A program made the translations under genes and the position numbers. A model generated the notes under the pieces. That model was not told where the DNA came from. It ran no database searches and saw only the letters and a list, made by a program, of their open reading frames with translations. Of a stretch of 64,000 nt of DNA, positions 54,403 to 64,000 are shown piece after piece (within the stretch, counting starts at the first letter, position 1; each line of letters opens with the position of its first letter). The DNA is from the human T2T-CHM13v2.0 reference genome, Homo sapiens, in NCBI RefSeq assembly GCF_009914755.1, contig NC_060925.1, one strand, 5' to 3'.

Positions 54403-56201
54403 TAGTTGGACAAAAAATAATAATACAGGCATACCTTTGGCACTGTCCTAATTCATACCAGCATTCATGATTACTTAGATTTACACTGGGAAGCCTTCAA
54501 AAAGCAGTGATATATTAGGAAAATATATTTGCAATACATGACAAACGATAATAACATAAGAACTGGAAACATTCAATAAGAAAAATAATAAAAGCAAAAG
54601 AAGATGGAAAAAGGAAGCAAATTTCAAGAGAAAACTCAAAAGGCCAAAAAATGTGAAATGATGTTCAGTCTTGCTAGTAATTGGGAAAAGCACAAATCAT
54701 TTTTAATCTATTAGGCAAAAATCAGAGCGATAATATTTTTGGTGGGAGTGTGACAAAAGGTACTATAATATATTGCTACTAGAGAGTAAAAACTGACAGG
54801 TTTGTAAGGGCAATTTTGCATAATATGAAAATATAAAAATGTGCTTCAAGTTTCACTACGTTTAGTCTACAGAATTACCTATGTGTAAACATGTATACAG
54901 ATGTTCATTATAACACTTCTTATAACAACAAAATATTTGGAAATGTTCATATTAACAAGTGCATACTATATGATCTTAGTCCAATTAGAATATTCTTTTT
55001 TATTTCAATCCTTTAAAAGACTCAACTTCTGACTGTATATAGACAATTAAAAAAATAATGTGTTCTCCGTATGTGCATTTGGTCAGGTTAATTAAAACTT
55101 GTTGAAATCTGCCTGCTCTTAATAAGGTTGTTAAAACTCTCTCATAATTGTAGATTTCCCTATTATTGTACTGTCAATATTTTTGCTTTAGTAATTTTAA
55201 ACATGTTATAAGGTGAGTAAACATATATTTGTTGAATTTCTAGTCAGAGAGTCAAACATTTTTAATTATAAATGTACAACCATTTTACTGTGGTATTAAT
55301 TTTGCCTTAGATCTTTGTCCAATACTAATAAAGCCTCACTGTCTTTCCTTTGGTTAGAATTTACATCATTTATTTGGTTCTAGCTTTACCTTTACCTTTT
55401 TTCTATCTGTTTTTAAAAAATCTGTCTAAAAATGCATTTAGCAGAAACATTTAATCAATTTACATTGAATTTTTTTTACCCTATACCACAGGAATTAGGC
55501 ACATTTTCTGTTTTGTTAATGATTAGCACTGATTATACCCATGCATATTCTCACAGTCCAAAGTTAATGCCTATGTCCATTGCCAAAGACAATAATGTGA
55601 CCTTAGAATACTTGAACACTGTTTTATTCCAGTTTGCAGTTGTTTTTATTTTTGAAATTACTTCTGTATTTTTAATCCTCCAAGACATTATTTTTGCAGA
55701 ATTTTTTCTACTGTTAATCTTTTAAAAATTAATCAGATTAAGCAGAACTCAGGTTTTAAAATATTTTCATATAATATTTTATTTGATTTTTCTAACAATC
55801 CAATGAAAGGGAATATAAGACTGATTAGTAGGTAAGAGCTCACTGTGGAGTTAGGCTTCTTGGCTTTGAAATTCAGTCCCAACATGTACTACAATTTGAC
55901 CATTAATAAATCCCATTATTTAATTTTTTAGTGTTTTTTTCTCATTTTAAAAATGAGGATAATCATATTTCTATCATGTAGGGTACGCGTGTGTGATAAG
56001 TAAAAGTGATAATGCATAGAAATGGCACATAGTAACTATATGTTGTTAGTGGTTATTTTATTTTTATATTTATCAACAATATCTTCATTTCCTAATTGAG
56101 AACCTAGTATGAAATCCATAGACTTTAATTTTTTTCTAAGGTTCATACAGAAAAAAATGTACATGGTGAAGCATCTAGTAGATGGTGATGCATGGAGTTA
56201 A

Positions 56202-56450
<249 letters not shown>

Positions 56451-59400
56451 TAGTGACACTGCTTACATTCTAGTCTCATTTAACTAATTTAACCCAGCCC
56501 TATGCCAATCGGGTCTTTAAGGTTATTTTATTTTATATGGTTATTTTATTTTTAAGGTTATTTTATTAAGATTATTTTATTCCCTATATGTTTATTATCT
56601 ATATATTCCCTATATATTATAAATATAAATGGTTCAGGGAAAAGAAATAGAGATTGCGAGAGGATATTGTAGAAAAAGGAAGGAAGACAGAAAGCAGACG
56701 AGATATAGTGTAGTAAGAAGAGGTGGCAGGGCAGCAAACTGAGCAGAGGAGAGAAGACAGTGGTTTGCTTAGGAAACAGGAGTGTGGTGATCAACCTGTT
56801 GTAATACTGGAGTTCAGAGAAGATTCCTTGTACAAATCTGATTTGGAGAATTGGAGTAGGACTCTAGGGCCACATATTGAAAGTAAGAGGTTATAGAAAA
56901 TCTATAAGATTCTAAATTCAGCAATTTTTTTTCCAACTGAAGAAAAAGCAAAACCAGAACTGTGAGATTTTTATTTTATGATTGTAAAACACTCAACTGT
57001 GGGTTTGGGAGATTGCTGATTGAGAGAAGTTAATGTGGTAAGTTGTTTTAATGTTTTTTGAGTATTATGTAAGTCCTCCTCCAACTTTTTGTCTTGAAAT
57101 AAGTGGTTTCTGTCACATGATTTGATATAGAGTTTCACAATCTATTTTCAGTTTGTTGACAAATCATGTTTCAGTGCTGTGCAGTACAAAATGTACTATT
57201 TATATTGAAAATGTGTCTTAGCCTTGGCTCAAAAGGTTTCTCTGATTTCAGAGATCTGTTAGGCAAACTTGATTATCTGTGCTTTCTTTTCTCTAACCTT
57301 TACATTGCAACTTATCCTGAGTTCAGGTTTATTTTCTTTCTTATTTTATTTTCAAAAGAAAAACAGAAAACTGTTGGGGGAAGGGCTGGTGGTTGAAGGT
57401 TTACTATTTTGAGAAAATTGTACCTAATTTATTGCAAAACTCAGAGGAATTAAGACTTTATTTTTTAGTAAGAGAAACAACTAACTTGATCAAGTTCATA
57501 AATGTGACATTAAGGTATTTCAGTTGTAATTTTTAATCACACTTAAATTACTTCCAAAGATATTTATAAGGCATCTAGGCTAAGAACTACGAATGACATT
57601 AATAGATAACTTGTCTTTTTTTTTTTTTTTTTTGTCAATGTTAATTCATTTGCATGTTAAAAAACTATAATATCTGGTATAAATGTGAGGCTACTTTGGA
57701 TAGGGGGAAAGAACTTGTAAATAACTGATAGTTATATAAGTAGAAAGGGAGCTCTAGAAAGACAAGTTATTTGGAAGTTGCTACTTTCTGCTTAACAATA
57801 GAGCTCTTTCATTTTATTTAAGTCAAGGCTTTGGTGTGATTTAAGTAGGCTTTGAGCTAAATGATTAAATTTATGGTACTTGATGTGTCAAGAGGGATAC
57901 TGAGTTTACACTAGAGCCGTTTCCCTATAATGCCATTTATATTATGGATGTCAAAATAGATACCTCATATATGATATTGATTGAAAAAATACTTTTGAGA
58001 CCCTCAGAAACTGGCTAATTTTGAGTTAATTCTTGATACCGGATATATTTTATTTTTTATATGAGCCCAAATGAGAAGAGAGAATATGTTTTGACACTCC
58101 AAATATAAATCTTTAGTGACTATTGCTTTGTCGTCAGGATATTATCAAATGTCCTATTTCATATTCTTAGGGAATTCCCAAGATATGTCATTTGGCACAT
58201 GATAGTAACCGTTAGAGCTTTAGAGTAAAGGGAAGTTTTCTCTTTGTAGAGCATTCTAGGAAGTACAAAATATGGGCAATAATGCCGTATATTACTAATA
58301 ACTGAATAGCTTCTCTAAGGATAACTCTTTTAGAATAACTATTTCAGAAAGTAGATATAACAACTATTTTAAATCCTTATTTTTGTGTTTTTGATGCCGA
58401 AGATGCTAAGAATTGTTTGTGCAGATTTTTATTTCAGAAGACATAAATATACTTTAATTGTTTTAATGCTTCTCCTATGGGGTATATAGCTCTTCAGATT
58501 GCTTGTTTGAGGTGAAAATTAAGATCAAATGAGAAAATATATGATAATGCCTGACTCTTAGTAGAAGCTTATTATATGTGTGTCTAACTCTACCTTTCAT
58601 GCAGTGCTAAATTCCCTAAATTATATCTGCAAATTATCCCTTTTTTTTTACCAACATTCCAAATGCATTGTGAAAAATGCTGATTTGCTATTACAAGAAC
58701 AGAGTTCATTGATCTGGCATTGTTGAAAAGTATATTTCAAAACTACCATGGATCTGCCAGAAATCCTAAGCGAATAAGCAAGAAGAATACTGTGAGGGAA
58801 GGAAGGAAAAAATTGCAGGTAGAAAATATTGGTGATTCTTTTTCATCTCTGTCCATTCCTTTACTGGAAATGAAAATACTTCTGAGAAGTAGAAAGTATT
58901 AGAAGTTAAGAAGGGTAGAATGGGAAGACAGAATGGCCAAGTGTTAGTAGAGCGAAGGCGGAAAGACAGTATGAGTTGATAGGATTTTTAATAGGACCAG
59001 GTAAAAATATCAATACAAAAATAACATTATCAACCATATTGAGCTTTTACCATATCCATACATTGGGATAACAGCTTTATTTGCATTATTCGTTTAATCA
59101 CAATAACTCTATGAGGTAAACATTACTTTTTCTAGTTAATAGATACATTTAGAGAAGTTATTTTCCAGCATCACACAGGTTATAAATGGAAAAGTCAGGA
59201 TTTATAGTTTGTCTTAACTCCTAATAATTGCGTTTTCACATTTGGAACCTTGAGTCAAGCATGAAGTTCAAATGGTGCCCCTCTTCTCTGTCAACTCTTT
59301 ACACCATCAGCCCTGTATCACTATCTAGTCAGTCTTCTATTTAAATTCTGATACTCACCCGTATCCAGTTAGTTTGTTGTACTCCCTGCAAATTTTCCTT

Positions 59401-60093
59401 CCCTATTTGTTTTTAAAAATCATCTCGGGTAATAAAACTCCCTTTGCTACTTTGAAGGCACCTCTTTATTATCTCCTTCCTACTCCCTGTACCCCATCAT
59501 TTATAAAGCTTGGTGACTTCATCCAATATCTTTTTTGGTATTTTGTCAGCCCTCAAGGGTACAACTCTCCAGGCCTGATAATTCAGCCAGTGTACACTGC
59601 CCTCTGTATAGTAGTTGCTTAGGGATAGCATCTGTTCTGTTCAGTGTCTGTGTTAAATCAGTTAAGTATTTTTTGTTCCATTTCTTAGACTGTCATTGCT
59701 TTGTTGAAAACTACCAATTCTCTGCTTCTTTCTTCATATCTTTTTTTAATTGTTTTTATATACCCATTTGTTTTAAAAATGGTACCTCTAATTCAATATG
59801 TCCCCATATTCATCGGTTTCTCTAAACCAAATCTGCCTTTAGATTGCACTATCAGTCATAAAGACATTGCCATTCTAATATTCACCCAAAGTTTAAATCA
59901 CAGAGTCCCCATTTGACTCTTTATATTCTCTATTCTCTTATATCTGATTAACCACCATTTTCTGTACAGTCTCCACCAAGTCTGTTATATCTCCCCTCTC
60001 TGTTTTACATAAACATTTCCCCTCTATTCCAGGGGTATATGTTCCAAGACCCCCAGCAGGTGCCTGAAACCACAGATAGTACCAAGCCTTTTG

Positions 60094-60426
60094 CAGTCAT
60101 CTCTCCAGTATCTGTGGGGGATTGGTTCCAGGACCTCCCATGGATACCAAAATCTACAGATGCTCAAGTGCCTTATATAAAATAGCATAGTATTTGCATA
60201 TAACCAATGCACATCCTCCTGTATACTTTAAATCATCTCTATATTGCTAGAGATGTAATATCTACTGTAATATAAATGCTATGCAGATAGTTACATTGTT
60301 TAGGGAATAATGACAGAAAAGTCTATATGTTCAGTACAGATGCAACTATCCTTCTTTAAAAATATGTTCTTCCACAGTTGGTTGAATCTGGCGATGTGGA
60401 ACCCATGGATATGGAGGGCTGACTAT
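60094..60426 (+). mobile_element. MER2 nested in a MER44/Tigger7-like fragment (about 60017-60090)
   Basis: cagtcatctctccagtatctgtggggattggttccaggac...gaacccatggatatggagggctgact termini. Confidence 0.75.
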
Positions 60427-60537
60427 ATACACCATGTTTTTTCCTGGCACATCACTCAACTACTATTAGCTGGCGAGTCAACTCACGTTGTTGGAATGAC
60501 TAGGGACAACTAGACTTCAAGTGATCTTTCATCCCAG
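60378..60537 (+). other. Candidate 160-nt non-coding exon (upstream untranslated exon of AMY2B / RNPC3 read-through)
   Basis: Acceptor gttcttccacag|60378, donor CAG|GTAGGC at 60538; AMY2B is recalled to lie directly downstream of RNPC3 on the same strand, with its CDS outside this window. Confidence 0.55.
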
Positions 60538-63500
60538 GTAGGCTCACAACACAATGTATGATCTCAGAGTTCCAAGAGATCAAACTCCCTTCTGCAAACC
60601 CCAGTCAAACTTTGCTTGTGTCTTGTTTGCTGATATCCCATCGGATAAAACAAATATCAAGCTAATTCCATAGTCTTTGTAGAGAGAGACTTTATATAGG
60701 TATGGATACTGGGAAGTGTCATTCATTGGATGCCCTTTAATATAACTATCACACTTCCCTAATTTTCATTCTTACTGCTGTAATCCTAATTCAGATTTCT
60801 GTCACTGCTCTGCTTACTAATGTTCCTATCTCTTTGTTTTCTGGTCCATCTGATATAATTAAAAGTTTTTATTATTACTTTCCTGTTTAAAACAACCAAA
60901 AAACCTTCTGAGGTAAGTACTTTTTTCTTCTCCCTGATTTTGAGTGTCCCCAATATACCTTTCCAAATTTAACTGTCATGTCTCCCTCACACTTGACTTG
61001 TTTCTAAAACACTGTATTGACTTCTTGCCATTTTCCTTGCTCTTCTACATGTTTTTCTTACTTAAAAGCAATTTTACCTATCTCTTTTCATTGATGTCAA
61101 ACCCATTCTTCAAGTCAATTTTATCTCCCCTTATTCCCATCTGTCAGAAAGAACTTTTCCTACCAATTAAATCCTGAAGCACTTAATCGTAACCCTCTTA
61201 AAACTATGTTCATATCTTTCACTTTATTGTTTGTTTTTGTGTATGGACATATCCCTTCTCTAACTGAACATAACTTCTAGAACAGCTCTGTCTAATACAA
61301 ATAGAATGTAAATCATATATGTAATTTAACGTATTTTACTAACTGCATTAAAAGAAACCAAAAGACACTAGGGAAATTAATATTAATGGTAAATTCTGTT
61401 TAGCCTAATGTATCACAGTATGTTATTTCAACCTGTAAACATCATAAAAATATATTTTTTTACTTTTTATTTTCACACTATCCGAGTGTGTTTTACACTT
61501 ACTACTCATCTCTGTTGAAACCACATACATTTCAACTGGTTAGTAGCCAATTGTTTCTAGTGGCTACCATATTAGACATCACAACTCTAGAATTCTAGGA
61601 GAAACATTAGTGTAGTACAGAGAATGTTGACTTGCAATCAGACTTATTATCAAATCCTGTCTTTGTCACTTACCATATGAGCCTGGACAATTTACCCAGT
61701 CTGTCTGGGCCTTAGTTCCAACATGTGTACAACACTTTTGCTAGGATTAGAGTCAAGTTTATTGCACAATTTCTAATATAGAGTTCATTGATTTTTAGAA
61801 AATCAATGAGGACATAACCCATGTTATGCCAATGTTTTGCACAATACCTGGAACCTAGAGTTTTCATGTTATAGCCATTTATTGAGCACATAAGACAATG
61901 TCAATCATTTTACTAGGATTTGGAAATACTAGATATGAAGTCTAACTTCAAGAAGCTTGGTCCAGAATGACAGACAAGTAAATTGTTAATTATAATATAC
62001 TTACAAAAGAAGTCAAATATAGCTTAATGTCATATAAATTAAAAAGCTTTCATACAACAGAGGAGCTAACTATGCTTGAGAATATGAGGGTAAGCTTCAT
62101 AAAGTTGTGGTTTCAACTTAATGTGGAAGGAAAAGTAGTTGCTTCCACACTAAGTTGGATGTGGAAGGGGATGATATGGGAAACAAAACCACTAGGAAAT
62201 TCATGAAGGTATGATATTTCATATAAAATATGAGGAACTTCTAGTTTTGCAATGAACAGAGTTCACAGGATTGGCTGGCGGAAGGACCAAAGGGCAGCAT
62301 CAGGATCGACAGTGGAATAGTTAAGATCCACAGCTCTCCTGATACCCTTCGTCAAAGCTGGTACTTCCTCATTTTGTCTCATGTTAAAAAATGGTATCAT
62401 CCCCAAATACCTATATCTTTAATATTTTTCCTCATCCTTCAGCTCTAATCTATTCATAAATCTACTGCCTGTTTACCTCTGAAATATACCTTGTCTATGC
62501 CCTAGTCCAAGCCACTCACCTCTTTCCTGGACCACTGTAAAAGTCTTCTAACATCTACCCCTTTCCACTCTTATCCTCCTATAATCTGGTTTCTTCCCAG
62601 AAGCAGGGTGATTTTCTTTTAAAGTTTATTAGTCTTTCAGTTCCCCATGTCACAGCCTTAACAGCTCTCTCTTTCTTCATGTTCTACAAGGTTCTACATG
62701 ATCTGGCCTACCTCTCTGATCTCATCTCATTTTATCCCACCCTTTATCACATGTGCTCTAGCCACACTGATTTCTTTTTAATGTGTCTTATGTACTAGCT
62801 TTTTCCTTTCTTGGGACATTACTCTTGCTCTTTCCTCTATCTGTTGCTCTTTCTCTGATCTCTAAATGACTGGACACTTCTAATCCTTCAAATCACATCA
62901 TAAAGTCACTCTTTTAAGGGATGTCTTCCCTTACCATCCAGTCTATAATACCCTGATGGAAAAGTCACTTTCTATTTTATGATTTTATACTAGTTCTTAT
63001 TGCTATCTGAAATTATTTTTATCATCACTGTTAGTACTGTTGCTATTACTGTTATTTACTAATATATTTTCTTTTCTTTCCACTAGAATGTAAGTTCTCT
63101 GAGAACAGAAACCTGTCTTTTTCATAATTGTCTCCTGAACATCACCTACAGTGCTTAGCAAAAAGCAGACACACACTTAACACTTGTTGAATGGATGGAT
63201 GAAGTTTTTCCTACCTGTACTATTACTCCCTTTCATAGCATTTCACTTACATTACATTAAGAAGGAAAAATTACACAAATTTATTTATTTAGCATTTTGT
63301 CAGGTACAAGAAATATTTGCCTACAGGGAGAAAACCACCACCACCACCAATCCTACTACTATATGCACTATATTAAGCACATGAGTTGATCAAGGGGAAA
63401 AAAGTTAGTTTCTCCAATTCATGGGCTTTGAGATTTTAAACGTTTTCTTAAATCATTAATGGAGAAATTTAAATAACCAAAACTTTGAATTAAGGATGGG

Positions 63501-63675
63501 AAACAGGGCTGATTTTAAAAATGGAAATATCACATAATATGTCTGTTTGAAATGGAAACATGACAAAAATTTGAAAATAGTTAAATATTTTGAGAATTCA
63601 GTTGGCTTCAATTGTTATTTTCTATTAGTGACGGATATCACAAACAAAAGACAGTCCTTATTTGTTATTAGGATT

Positions 63676-63803
63676 TATATATATACACACATATATAAAG
63701 ACTATATAGACTATATATATATACACTGCATTATATATATATGGAATATATATATGTTTGTGTATATATATATGTTTGTATGTATGTGTGTGTATATATA
63801 TAT
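63676..63803. repeat. (TA)n/(TG)n low-complexity tract
   Basis: Alternating tatata/tgtg runs. Confidence 0.85.
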
Positions 63804-64000
63804 GTTTGTTCTCATGCTGCTATAAAGAAGTGTCCAAGACTGAGTAATATATAAAGGAAAAAGATTCAATCCACTCACAGTTCCACATGACTGAGGAAGC
63901 CTCAGGAAATGTACAATCATGGTGGAAGGGGAAGCAAACCCATCCTTCTTCACTTGATGGCAGGAAGGAGAAATTCTGAGCAAAAGGGGGAAAAGCCCCT
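63803..64000 (-). mobile_element. THE1D/MST-type LTR running off the window edge
   Basis: ttctcatgctgctataaagaa...ctcacagttccacatg...cctcaggaaa...tccttcttcac. Confidence 0.8.

Overview
Human-type (primate) genomic DNA: AT-rich and dense in Alu, L1, L2, THE1/MLT and MER repeats. It contains the complete RNPC3 gene (U11/U12-65K, a minor-spliceosome protein) on the + strand. Fourteen coding exons (21013-46722) splice with canonical junctions into a 1554-nt ORF (517 aa plus stop, two RRMs), followed by an alternatively spliced non-coding last exon ending near 50190. The main regulatory system is minor-spliceosome autoregulation: intron 13 is itself a U12-type intron, and the 3'UTR intron holds the USSE, a tandem GTATCCTTT at 48261/48276 lying 44 nt downstream of a U2-type acceptor. 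The USSE is already described, so it is not new. Less well characterised items are a perfect 11-copy 17-bp GC-box VNTR in the CpG-island promoter, a candidate 5'UTR intron/uORF switch, a U12-like branch point in U2-type intron 1, an AATAAA cluster on the exon 14 donor, and a donor in the last exon that could join a MER2-derived exon at 60378-60537 (read-through towards AMY2B). Upstream lie a twin-primed inverted L1PA with a nested Alu and a 3'-truncated 7SK pseudogene. Repeat subfamily names come from recalled consensus sequences, and repeat boundaries are approximate. I found no convincing wholly new system.
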